Shown piece by piece: positions 13,237 through 24,574 of a DNA stretch of 64,000 nucleotides (position 1 is its first letter; the number at the start of each line of letters is the position of its first letter). Below the pieces are notes generated by a model that saw only the letters and a list, made by a program, of their open reading frames with translations, did no database searches and was not told where the DNA came from. The position numbers and the translations under genes were made by a program. This DNA is from Basidiobolus meristosporus CBS 931.73 (taxonomy: Eukaryota; Fungi; Basidiobolomycota): NCBI GenBank assembly GCA_002104905.1, contig MCFE01000472.1:5357-69356 (forward strand), written 5' to 3'.

Positions 13237-14256
13237 ATATTCTACATAGTTGCTATGCCAAAGCCAAGTAAAAGTGTAAATACTTGCCTCCTCAACAATC
13301 TTAATGTATATAATTGCTGATTCATGGCCAACACCAGATAACAATAGCATTCAAAGTTCCAATTAGCCAACATATCTATGGATGATTTGGAGGTATACTG
13401 GCACATTACAGTAGTTATCACCAGTTGCCTAGTTGAAGAAACAAAAATCACCAGGAAGCAGTATACAGAGTTGGCAACCAGTTGGTAGATAGTGAGATTT
13501 TTGAGTGCTTCCAAGATCACAACCGCTCTAAGTAACTGATGGCAATTGTACAAACAAAGCTTAAAATCAATTTACAATGGAAGCTTACACATGGATTTGA
13601 ACAAAGGGTGCTTACTGTTATATTGACGAACAACCATTCAGTAGCAAAGATCACCAACCCAAACCCGGATCTGTGTTGATAAAAAAGGATTTTGAAACGA
13701 GCCGCTTACAGGGATACTTGGTTGATCTTCATCGTGCCCTTTAGGGCCTTATGATCCACAGCCAGCACATCCCACCACACGGCCCTAAGGAGCACGATGG
13801 AGTTTAGCATTTGCCCAAGCCCATTGTGCCATTATCCCCATTATTTCCAGTCCCAATGGAAGGAGAATTTTGACAATCAGGGGGGAATCCCATGAATTCC
13901 ACCGCCTACAACAAACGGGCCGGAACTCCAGGAAACCATTGGCCCAACCAGAAAATATCCGTCCCGTCCCCACACTGTCCAGAACAATCATGTCGGACGC
14001 AAGTGGTTTCATGCACTTTGCGAAATCTGGTGGGAAATTACAATGGATTGCCTTTCCGCCATCTCCACTAGAACTGCATCCTTAAATATTCTCCATGGTA
14101 TAAAACCGACGGTCGCCTGGACCCAATACAGTGACTCGTTTCACAACCCGGCTTTATAGAACACACCCACACCCACACTCGCGCTCACGCTACCCGCACC
14201 CCTACCCCTACCTACCCCCACCCATACACCACATTAGAGAGAGGCCCGTGCTTAGA

Positions 14257-15105
14257 ATGGAGCCTCAACCAACTTTAGAATTGTTAAGGAATTCCGTGGC
14301 GTTGACGACGTTTGGAAAAGACATACTGACTCATTACCCGACCCCGTTAGAATTGAACGCTTTCTTGTTACCGTTTCTAAGGTACAAGGAGAACAACGTC
14401 AAATCGGCCACCAAGCTAATCCAGCAATACTGGCAGTTCCGTACTGAGAAGCTTGGCCTATACACTCGGTAAGCCAGCCCAACCAAACCCCCTTACCACC
14501 CAACTGCTTCTCTAACTCGGCTCCTCTGACCGCCTAGCCTGACTCCTCGCGAAGTGCAGGTCCCCTTACATACAAAGTTCATCGCCATGCCAAATACGCG
14601 AGACCTGGAGGGCCGCCCGATCATCGTCATTTTCTTCAATAGAATGATAGAAGGGAAGATCAGCGATCTAGAAACATTACGCAGCATCTGGTTCGTGTTG
14701 GAGAACATCGTTCAATTCGAGGAGAGTCAAAAGAAGGGGGTTTGCCTGATCGTTTGCTTGGAAGGTGGGACCAAGACAAATCGGGACCGGACAAGGATAG
14801 AGCTTCTCTTCGACAGCGTGCAGAATAAGATCCCGGTCAAACTTGGCTCGGTGTTCATCCTGAATCCACCCCAGTGGTTTCGCTTCTTCTGGTCAGTGTC
14901 GAGCAATTTTCTGAAGGCAAAACTGGTGAAAAGAATCAAGGTCCTCTCCGGGGACTACCAAGAACAGTTGTGGCAGAACATTGGCAAGCAGAACCTCTTG
15001 AGGGAACTTGGTGGCGACTTCATGTTTGATCATGACAGGTGGTTGAATGAGCTCTACGAGGAGAAGCCCACCCTTGACTCCGCTCCTTCGGTGTCCTGTC
15101 AATGA
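14257..15105 (+). CDS. CRAL-TRIO (Sec14/alpha-TTP-like) lipid-binding protein, 2 exons
   Basis: Exon 1 contains FLLPFLRYKENNVKSATKLIQQYWQFR (CRAL_TRIO_N). GT-AG intron 14469-14537 restores the frame. Exon 2 contains DLEGRPII, ILNPPQWFRFFWSVSSNFLKAKLVKRIKVL and LLRELGG. Confidence 0.85.
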
Positions 15106-15785
15106 AATCATCGCTTGGCTGGAGGAACGAAACCCGTTTTACCGGGGGAGACAACGTTGGACCATTAAATTCGTCCGCTCTAAACCTCATTAAACCTGCA
15201 AGGATTTGGTGGCGATTATCTACACGCAGAAGTGTAGCCCTTATGAGCTATATATCCACGGAATCCCTCTCGAGCTTGCAATTACTAGAGTGGACCTTAT
15301 CCGGCCAACCAACCCGCAAATCCCAAACTCTCCGAACATTAACTACCCTCCGGGCAATGAATTAACCCCAATATCCATCCGTTTCAATAAGCAGCTTCCA
15401 TCCAGCCCTACGACACTAACTCGAACTGGGCCCTTAACCATCATTAATGTATTCATATAATTCACCCACTAAGCCAGGCAAGTTAGACAACAATATTCCG
15501 GAAATTCAGATGCGACCATCTGGCCAAATAACCACATCAACATCCATACATCCTGCGGCCTCATCAAAAATCCCCCTACTGTAATTGTAATAAAGCGGGC
15601 CCACACTTCGCATAAACAAGTCGTTGCTTGGCAGTGGTGGTGGCCGTACCAACAACTACGTGCGTCGGGCTCCGAGATACAACGCTGACCGGCCTTGAAG
15701 GCTAGGTCCGTTGTAGCCATCTCTGCGTACAGGGCTCGATTGGTCCTGATTACGAGCCCTCCACAAACAAGTGATTAGCAAATAG

Positions 15786-17128
15786 CTAGACACCTGGGGT
15801 CAAGCCATGGGTGTAGTGCATTGTAATAGGACGGAGACTTGCAGCAGAAGATCTGAAACGAACTGGTACCCGCGTGTTGCGACCCACCGGCGTGACACAA
15901 CAATCTGCATCCCGTGGTGAGCTTACTTCTGATAGTGATAACTGGGAATTCCGCTTCACCAAGCCTTGGGAAGCAAATCCTCAGCCCGATCTTCTCCGGG
16001 ATATCGCCATCCACGGGGCGACTTGGTTCCAATATGGACGAAAAATACGATGTGGTTGGCACCCCAGTGTCCAATGGTTTTGCGTAAACCAGCCTCCTCT
16101 GCAGCAAGGACTCGGGGGATTCCGGAGCGGGCCCAGCAGAGTGAAACTGAACCCAATATCCGGGTACGATCATCCAGATCCTGATACACCCGAGATTGTT
16201 GATAGAGTACCAGCCGGAAGTCTACGAACCTCCAAAGATATCCAACCAACACCAATGGATGGTACAGCTTACTATCAAGTCACATGCGTGATTGACAGAT
16301 AGGCCTTGACACTGGATACTGGACATGATATGAGCGGAAGATAAGCTGGCGTATGTGGATTGTCGATGCTCCGATCGGAGTCGCAGGCAGTCGCCTATAT
16401 AATGGCGGGACTGGGGCTGGCTCGACAGTAGCGTAAACTTGATTTAAGGCATGAGAAGCATCCAAGTATTCGAGGAGATTCAGTATTCCTTCAAGATACT
16501 AGCCAACAACGATTTCAAGCTGCCAGACACCCCGACCCCGACCTCCATCGACCCTGCGGCCCTGAAGAATTTCGCGCTGAACAAGTTTTGGGACAAGCTG
16601 TGGACTGAGCATGAGGAGCCACACGAGTGTTCGGTGTGGAAGCACCGGGTTAACAGCGTCGAGCATATACTTCATTGCGTCGCCCCGAGCCGGCCGTACG
16701 ATGCATTTGTCATGCCGTTGATGGACACTTACCTGCGCAAACTGGGCGCACTTGCCGCCGAAACTCGAGCATGTCTGGAGATTTTCAGCAAGCTGGAGCC
16801 AACTCGATCAATCGCGCTGTTCAGATCAATCTTACCGTCGACTCTGATTGAAAGGCTGATCGCCACCGTTCGTTCCCAGTTGGTATTACCGATCCTGCAT
16901 CAGTGGAGCACTTTGAGCACGCTGTGGGTCTATCATGAACTTTACCTGCCCTTCCAACGCGGAAAGAGGGCCATCAACAAGCGCATGTCCATCGAATACA
17001 TCCTGAATACACCAGACTCCAACCATGGCGCCCATTATCCAACGGAGGATGTAGCAAACGATCCGCCACTGTTGAACCCCCACGACCCAGACCAGGATTT
17101 CCCCAGAAACCCTGTCTTATGTATATAG
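15786..17128 (+). CDS. Probable multi-exon gene or pseudogene of unknown function
   Basis: Coding-like GC-rich 225-codon frame at 16451-17128 ending near MSIEYILN. Upstream fragments include a Cys-spaced HCNRTETC...ETNWY...ICIPC and intron-like GT..AG segments. I could not build a stop-free splice model. Confidence 0.4.
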
Positions 17129-17595
17129 CCAACACCGCCCGACCCTCCACTAACATTCACCACAAGATGGCCCTGTCTAGGCCACCGTTGTACTAACGTC
17201 TGCTTCTCATGAGTCAGCCATCATGTAAATTTAATAAATACCCCATGCATGCACCGACATCGGTTCCCACGAAATATCGGGTTTTCCCGCGTTCCATCGG
17301 GACTTGTTACTAGCACCAAGATGCCACTCGAATGGATACGTCACAAAATCTCCACTATTCAGTTTATTCTTGGTGTGTGGGTGGATCGACGTTGATCCTG
17401 ACGGCTGGACACTATTCTAAGTAGCGGTCGGTGAGGAAGAGCCTGGCACTGCAGGCGCTTGATAATCGGAGGATCGTGGGGATGAGGAGAATTTTCTTAC
17501 GACACGTGGATCGCTCGGGTAGATGGATATTGGATATTGGATGACGGGGTTGGATGAAATACAAATCAGCGCTGGTGGATGGATGCTAGCACCAC

Positions 17596-18621
17596 TTAAA
17601 ACATCGCGAAAACGGCCATCATGCCAGCAAGAAGGGCGCCGGCGTAGAGGGACCCGGAATGGTTGGGGTTGGCAGAGTTCTTGCTGACGCTGGTGGTGTT
17701 GGTGTTGGAGCTGCCTGATCCATCAACCGGGTCGCCCTTGTATAGCTGCTTGTCGCCGAGGCACTCGGGGACAGTAACAATTCGGAATCCGGCGTTGGTT
17801 ACCATATCAATCAACTCTGCGGCGATATCCACGGAGTAAGGGTGGATGTCGTGGTGCAATGCCAAGAACTGGTGCTTGGATGCATCAGCTCCCTTGAGAG
17901 CGTTCACATAGATCTCCCTGACCTGGTTGGAGTCTCTGTTCTTCCAGTCCAAACTATCGAGATTCCAGTAGATAACCTGGTAGCCCAAAGACTTCATGAG
18001 CTCGAGAGACTCGGGGGTGTAGGCACCAGTAGGGGGCCTCATGTACCGGACATGCTTGCCAATGGACTTGAAGATGTTCTCATCGGTTCTATTCATTTCG
18101 GATTTGATCCGATCAGGAGACATGATGCGGGTATCGATGGAGATATGGTCGTAAGTATGAGAGGCGATGTGGTGTCCTTCGTCATAGGCTCTCTTCAGCA
18201 GCTGCTGAGAAGCTGGACTCTCAAGCATATTGCCTAGAACAAAGAACGTCACCTTCACATTCTTGCTCTTCAAGACATCCAGCAGCTTGGGGGTCAGGGT
18301 CAAATGGGGTCCGTCGTCGAATGTCATCGCAAAGGTTCCTGGGACGTTGCATTGATGGATGTAGGTCCCTTCGGTTGGTGCAGGTCCCTTGGAAGCCTCC
18401 GGTTTGCCATCACACTGGAATAAACAATTGGTTTGGCAGAAATCCTGAGTAGCTCCGCAAAACCCGTGTTTGGAGCAACAATAACCAGCTTGGCATTGCA
18501 CTAGAGATGGGCTGTTGCCGCATCCAAGCTGGGCAGGATTGGGTGTGGTTTGGCCGCCTACATTACTCACGTGAGTCAAGGTAAGGGATGCAGCAAAGAT
18601 GATGAGTGAAGAAAAGCGCAT
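17596..18621 (-). CDS. Secreted, probably GPI-anchored chitin deacetylase (CBM18/hevein + NodB domain)
   Basis: Signal peptide; hevein module CCSKHGFCG; CE4 motifs TFDDGP, HTYDH, RPPTG, LHHDIH; Ser/Thr linker and hydrophobic C-terminus. Single exon. Confidence 0.95.
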   Translation of the reverse strand: MRFSSLIIFAASLTLTHVSNVGGQTTPNPAQLGCGNSPSLVQCQAGYCCSKHGFCGATQDFCQTNCLFQCDGKPEASKGPAPTEGTYIHQCNVPGTFAMTFDDGPHLTLTPKLLDVLKSKNVKVTFFVLGNMLESPASQQLLKRAYDEGHHIASHTYDHISIDTRIMSPDRIKSEMNRTDENIFKSIGKHVRYMRPPTGAYTPESLELMKSLGYQVIYWNLDSLDWKNRDSNQVREIYVNALKGADASKHQFLALHHDIHPYSVDIAAELIDMVTNAGFRIVTVPECLGDKQLYKGDPVDGSGSSNTNTTSVSKNSANPNHSGSLYAGALLAGMMAVFAMF

Positions 18622-20533
18622 CGTGGAGATTAGGTTTACAGTGAAAATTTGGAACTGAAGATCCCAACTTCTATGGTGCCTGCAGCGGAAACCAGGCTTT
18701 TATGGCGCTCCAGAGAGAAAAAGCTACATAGCACACTGGGAGGACACCAATCATCTTCGCACGGAATCCGGTCTCATTAAGTACAAAAATAGATTTAGCC
18801 AGCGGATAAACATGTCTGGATGGATGCAGTCGATAAAGCATATTGCAATGAAGCGTAATTCTTGACACAAGCCAAATCTGAAATCACACTAGTTCCTCTT
18901 TGGTGGCCACCCTTAAATCAGATCCCATCTTCGACTATATCCTGTGCTACGATATCCACGAATAAATTTCCGAAATAGTGTTTATTGCCCCCAAGGGCGT
19001 AATTGTTGCGGTTTGTGCACCCACGAGTTTACTTGTATGCAGAATGGATTTCCACAGCTACCCGCTGCATCGGGAGCAGCGGCCCTCCCCCCCCCGCTGA
19101 GCCCATGGCATGGAAAGGTCCAGTGGCTGCCTGGTGATCGGATAATCCAGGCCATATTCCCCATACAGGAATATTAACGTTGTAGATGCAACGATATTTA
19201 TTTCGCTGGCGCCAAACCTGCTTTGAGAGAAATCAATATGCAGTAGCCAAAACCTGGAGAATGCTGGATTCCGCTGCTATTAATACTACTAAGGGGAGAT
19301 GGCGATTCTTGGAAAGTGTGCATCTAGATTGCCATGGTGACGGGGGCAATTTGACCTTAATTAGTGCGATCAAAAGCTGAGAGCCTTTGGGCTCCAGAAT
19401 GCCGCTGGCAGCCTACCTTGAGCTGGGAACTATTCAACAGGATGTATGCTGTATAACCGCCCTGGGTTCTCAGTCGATAAATGTGTCAAGTGCCAGATAC
19501 GAACATCTGGAAGTGGCTGCATCATATATAGGAGAGAAAACCATTTGTGTTAGTTGGCAAATTAGCTTCTTATGGAATCAACAACGCTTTCGAATCAGCG
19601 TATACAAGGCGCTCACTAATATACCCCTTCAAACAGTCCCACCGGTTCCTCACTGGACCTGTATGAATGAGTGCCTCCACTATCAGAGTCCTCTCTGATA
19701 TCACGGTAATACGCCAGGATCCATCTGATTCGCCAATAGCTCTTTTGCGTCACGGTACTATTTATACGTAAGACCATTTTGGGCCAACTGTCCTGATTCG
19801 CTTGATATTGCCCACTTTCACAGCTGGAAAAAGAAACCTAAATTCCCACTTGAACTGGCGGACTGATGGGTGACTCTCATCCCCAAACTTCACTATGTTC
19901 AACGCAATCCCCTAAAGTGCAATGATCGTTTGATGCTTTTACTCAAAAACATTACACACACGGTTACGTATTTCTGGGGTTGGCAATAAGCAACAAGTGT
20001 TGATTCCAGTAAAGCAGGTAAGAATGTGTTCCGTTATGACTTGCATATTGGAATGTGCTACAACGTACCACGCCACATGTACTTGCCTTGGCGATTGATG
20101 GATTTATAACGTTCCTTGGGGTCAAAGGCCTTGAAAGCAAGGTTGCCACAAAGGGTTTCCCAGTCCGTAACCCTAAGGTCTTAGTACCGGCATCAAGGGC
20201 ATAGGACATAGTCGCTGATCGCATAGGAAATATATACGATTGTGGGTAGGGTGTGAGATCTAGGCGCCCTGACACTCATGTTCTATTCTATTACTTCATT
20301 GTGATAAAAGCAACTACAGTTACTTGTCACGAAATAAAGGCACGGTATTTGCGGTAAACATACTACAGGCTCCATAACAAAATGCAAGTTGTTGAAATCT
20401 AGTTTACGACCAGCATTTTTGGGGTTGGAATATCTCATCCATCAATCCAACCATTGAACTGGCCCCTCCGATAATTGGTGATTTAGAGAATTGATGTCAT
20501 GGCCACCGTTGTCAACTAATCTATAACGCACAC

Positions 20534-21431
20534 ATGAGCTTCCCAGGGTATGAATACGCTGGCACCTCGTGCGTTGTATTGGGTCCTGATCGATGGTAGG
20601 TTCCCCGGTTTCTTCCCTGAGTGCTGAAAGTATTTCTCTGGTACCGCCTCTCTTACGCTTCCAATTTGCTTCAAAGTGGGAAAACCTCTTTCGCCTTAAA
20701 GACATGTCTTACTCATCTGGCTCAAAACGCTGAAAACGAGGTACTCTTCGTCGTTCAAGATAGAGAGCAAATGAAAGAATTACTGGCCCACCAGATCGAC
20801 CACTCGACAGGGAGTTCTACCCTACGAAGGATTACTTTCAAGTGAAACTTTCCATTGCATTATTCCCCCTCACTATTGCTCTGACCTGATCTATTCGTGC
20901 GATATAGATACATCAAGGAGGCTAGAACGTTGAGAGTCTTTTTAGCTTCCTTGCATGTTTTTCTCGAGGAGACGCGCTTTCCAACTATGTTGGTTGTGGA
21001 TAATTTTTATGGTTATTTTGGGCAAGATGTGAAGTGAGTGGATGAGGGGTTGTTTTGTCTTGTGTCTCAATGCACTTGACTGATCCGTGCTTTAGCGAGG
21101 AGCTGTTTGTAGGGTTGCTTGGGTTACTACAAGATACCGTGCTTTTCATTAGCCAAACTCGTAGGTAAATTGGTTATTTGAGTCCAAACATTCCTTGCGC
21201 AGTTGTGATTGATACTGTATGGATTTCCAAACAACACAAAGATGTGATCTTTTGATCATTGATAGGTTGGACATTCCAGAGATTGTTACAAAATTCCTAG
21301 TAGACGGCGAATTCAGCACAGTGCACCCTTTCGATATCTATGAACATTTTGTTGATTCAGTGATCGCAATACAAGGTAGTCACATTATAGCTATATCTAA
21401 GGAATGGTTGCGGGTGAAATCCAACTTTTAA
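20534..21431 (+). CDS. SWSAP1-like RecA/RAD51-fold ATPase (Shu-complex type), multi-exon
   Basis: Splicing out 20596-20677 gives the Walker A motif VLGPDRCGKTSFAL. It is followed by EVLFVV, RRITFKY..ARTLRVFLASLH and Walker B-like PTMLVVDNFYGY, colinear with the SWSAP1 pattern as I recall it. Confidence 0.7.
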
Positions 21432-21643
21432 TCTTTTGCTTGGTTCTTGTACAAAGGCAGTCCGCCAGATCTCGTTTTATCTACTATTCATTCAAAGTCC
21501 TTTTGCCATAGAAATTGCATTCCAAAGCAAGAGCCACACGTAATTCGACAGGTGGAATACACGCTATCGAACTCCGATCATCAACAATATCATTCAAACA
21601 GTACCTCAACGTGATAGGATACGACGCCGCTGTGGTTCACCCT

Positions 21644-22530
21644 TCAATCGATATCGTTGTCAACGATATCTGTCTCTGCTTGCCTCTCGCTCTCCAATTC
21701 TTCTTGTGAAACAAGCTCGAATACAACCACAAAAAAGATGGTTTTGCCATCTCTTGATTGCGCTACATACTTTAGAGGCTTTAAAAAGCAAAATCGTGTT
21801 AATAAATGTCAATCGGAAAGTGTTGAAATGATCAATACGTCACCTGGCCATCGTAGTATTTCATCACATCTAGCTCAAATCCAGGTAATACCAAGGAATG
21901 TGAATTGAAGTTGATGTAGGGATTGAAGAAGTCGAATTGGTAAAGCATATCAGTTCGCAGCTTAACAGCTTTTCGGTTCTCAGCCTTGGAAAGATAATCA
22001 CGCCGTTCAGCAGAAGTCAATTGTTTTTCCAAAAGAGAAGAGGTGTCTTCTTGGATACGTTGGATGAGGCCCTCAGAAAGCTGGATGTCTTGATGAGCGG
22101 GTTTGACGTTGACAACATTCATGGTGACCAGCAATGGACTGAATGCCCAGGGCTGTTCACTATAAATGTCCGCCTCCAAACCTGGGTCTATCCATTTTGC
22201 TATCTTAAGTGCCACTCCTGCACCATATGGTAGGTTGAGTTTATTGTCAAAGGAGTTGCCAAACACTACATCGTCAGCATTCCATTCCTGTTTGAAACGC
22301 CCTTGGACTTGTATGGAGTACTGATCTTTGTTCCCTTCGAAATACGGACTGTTCTTTAGAGGTTTACTACCGTCTGGTGTTACTCCCTCGTAATCTCGTA
22401 TACGCACAATTAGTCGCCCTGTAAAATAAGGAGAATCAAGTATGACTGGGTTATTCTCGTCATTCACTTTGATCACCGGTAAATTCTGCACTTCGGTGTT
22501 GGTACCAGCACGAACCCTAAGTATATACAT
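21644..22530 (-). CDS. DUF1769-family protein, 2 exons
   Basis: LRVRAG...VKVND...IDSPYFTGRLIVRIRDY, YSIQVQGRFK, DDVVFGNSFD, IDPGLEADIY, WAFSPLL, DFFNPY. Last exon reads PLKYVAQSRDGKTIFFVVVFEL. Confidence 0.85.
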
Positions 22531-23656
22531 TGTAGTGGCGTTATGTGGGTTTTGGGCGACGCAGATTTGTAGTGTAGAATGAACTTGGAGTTTCTTGTGT
22601 GGTACACAATTGAGACTTGGCTTATATAGCAACTACGGTCCTCGTGATGACTTACCGATGACACAATTTAGTGATTTCTGATTCAGTGACGTTTTCCCCC
22701 CTCATATGCCAAAGTGAGGATCTGGTCACATATGCTATACGAATGACCCAAGCTCCGCCCTCCCTTCGTTCGTATCCACCCGTAAGAAAGATACAGAGCT
22801 CCGCTACAAGGCCAAGAGAGATAACCACCCCCTTAGATTTGCTTAGTCGATACCAAAGAGGCTGGAGATAATTACTCGAATAATACAACGATTTAAGAAT
22901 AAAGCACCGAGCAGGTCTATGCATGCAATGATATCAGATGAATTCATATAGTTTTGTCAACGTCGGTTACTAGAGAGGGTGGACGAAAGACAGATTCGTT
23001 AAAGTACCTCTACATGGACTAACCTCTCACCCGTATTTTGCATCCTTGTTGATTGAATTCAAGTTAATCAAGAGCCAAGGATAGGCGATATCTTGGGGTA
23101 ACTGTTAATTAAATTAGATACATTCATGCACGGCTGCGATATATTAAATTCACCAGCATCATGACCAAATTAATATTGAGTTGCTTTGATATCTTCAAGT
23201 ATTGAGCGGTTGCATCGTGCAGAACAAAGGCAGATAAATGACATTTGTTAGGGTTACATTGGAATTTACTTCTATATATGGCAATAATTGGTCATATAGC
23301 TCAATACTCATCTAAAAAGTCTAAAATTGTGACTGATTTCTAATGCCCACAGGTCAGTATTGCGCCATTGAAGGGAAATGGCCCGGCTCTACATAACATC
23401 TCAAAATATATGAAAAATCTATAAGGCTAAACATAGGAGAAATTCTATTGGTTGCTGTCCTCAAGCGATAATATGCGAAGATACAAGCAAATGAGCTTCC
23501 TTGGATACTTTTCGAGCAGGTCAACTTCGAGTAAAATACACTAGCTGTGATACACCGAAGACAAAGATCGTCTTGTTATAAGCAAAATATACAAGTCCAA
23601 TAAAGAAAATATAGAAAAAGCTAGAATACACCTGGCAAAATCGTGAGCGGCCCTGT

Positions 23657-24574
23657 TCATTGTCTGCCGGTGACCCTCGTCGTTGGGTGGCTGAAGTTGG
23701 CTGGAAGTGTCGTTTTGACCATAGGATTGTAGGTAACTCGAGGATTAGGTAACAAGGGGCTAACTATGGAACGGCATGATATCAGCCGATTCTCCAGTAT
23801 CTTCACTCTCTCCATGATTTCCTGGATTGTTGCCATAGGGTTCGTTCCTTTTCGTTGATAATCGACGAACTTGTGAGCAGTTGGCAGAGGTGATGGCGGT
23901 GTGGAGCTGTGTGAGTGTAGATGATCTGGAGTATTGTCCAAGTTGTCGCACATTTTCCTATAGGGAGTAGGGGATGGTGATGGATTAGAAGGAGTGGGAC
24001 TGAGCGCGGGGGACACGAGCGCGTTGGAGCGAGTTACTGATAGCTCATTCTCAAGGTCCCGAAGTTCATCTTTGAGTCGTTGCATCTCTTCCTTCATACG
24101 ATTACACTTGTTTGTTTCACGCTCGAACTTTTCTTTCCACTCACGAGCTTCATTCGATTTCCCCTCCATATCTGCCATTGAGCAATGGGCCGCTCGCTTG
24201 AAATTTTCGAGCTCCTCATTTTCCATTTCCAGATCCACAGCCTTACGCTGCATTTTACCGTATCCATCACGAAGCGTTTCAAGCTCTTTCTGAAGTGAGC
24301 CGATGGTGTAGTTTGACTCAAGACTGGCAGTTCTTCGTTTCTCTGTTAATATGTCCAGTTCTTGCAAGAGGCTTTGGTTCTGACTTCTCAGCTTATTGTT
24401 TTGGGCTTCAAGCGCTTGCAGCTCTCGCTCCAACTCTTCCTCGAGCTCTTTTGACGAGGACTGAAAAGCATCGGAAGTTATCTGTATCTCCTTCAGCTCC
24501 TTCTCTAGGGAATAGTACATGGTTTTCCAATACACGACTTCATCTTTAGGGTCGGCAAATGACTTTTCTGACAT
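23657..24574 (-). CDS. nudE: Nuclear distribution protein NudE/NDEL1 homolog
   Basis: EVVYWK...FQSSSKELEEELEREL coiled coil and DLEMENEELE..KRA, typical of the NudE N-terminus, followed by a Pro/Ser-rich tail. Confidence 0.88.
   Translation of the reverse strand: MSEKSFADPKDEVVYWKTMYYSLEKELKEIQITSDAFQSSSKELEEELERELQALEAQNNKLRSQNQSLLQELDILTEKRRTASLESNYTIGSLQKELETLRDGYGKMQRKAVDLEMENEELENFKRAAHCSMADMEGKSNEAREWKEKFERETNKCNRMKEEMQRLKDELRDLENELSVTRSNALVSPALSPTPSNPSPSPTPYRKMCDNLDNTPDHLHSHSSTPPSPLPTAHKFVDYQRKGTNPMATIQEIMERVKILENRLISCRSIVSPLLPNPRVTYNPMVKTTLPANFSHPTTRVTGRQ

Noticed and set aside
13242-13553. hAT-like remnant (YQLVANSVYCFLVIFVSS)
   Set aside because: The similarity is too weak to call by eye, although CpG depletion suggests TE origin.
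20168-20176. TAACCCTAA (1.5 telomere repeats) as a telomerase RNA template
   Set aside because: A given 9-mer is expected about 0.5 times in 128 kb of both strands, and no supporting TER structure was seen.
19600-20280. Possible spliced minus-strand gene divergent from the SWSAP1-like gene
   Set aside because: It has some open exon-like frames, but no consistent splice model or family match.
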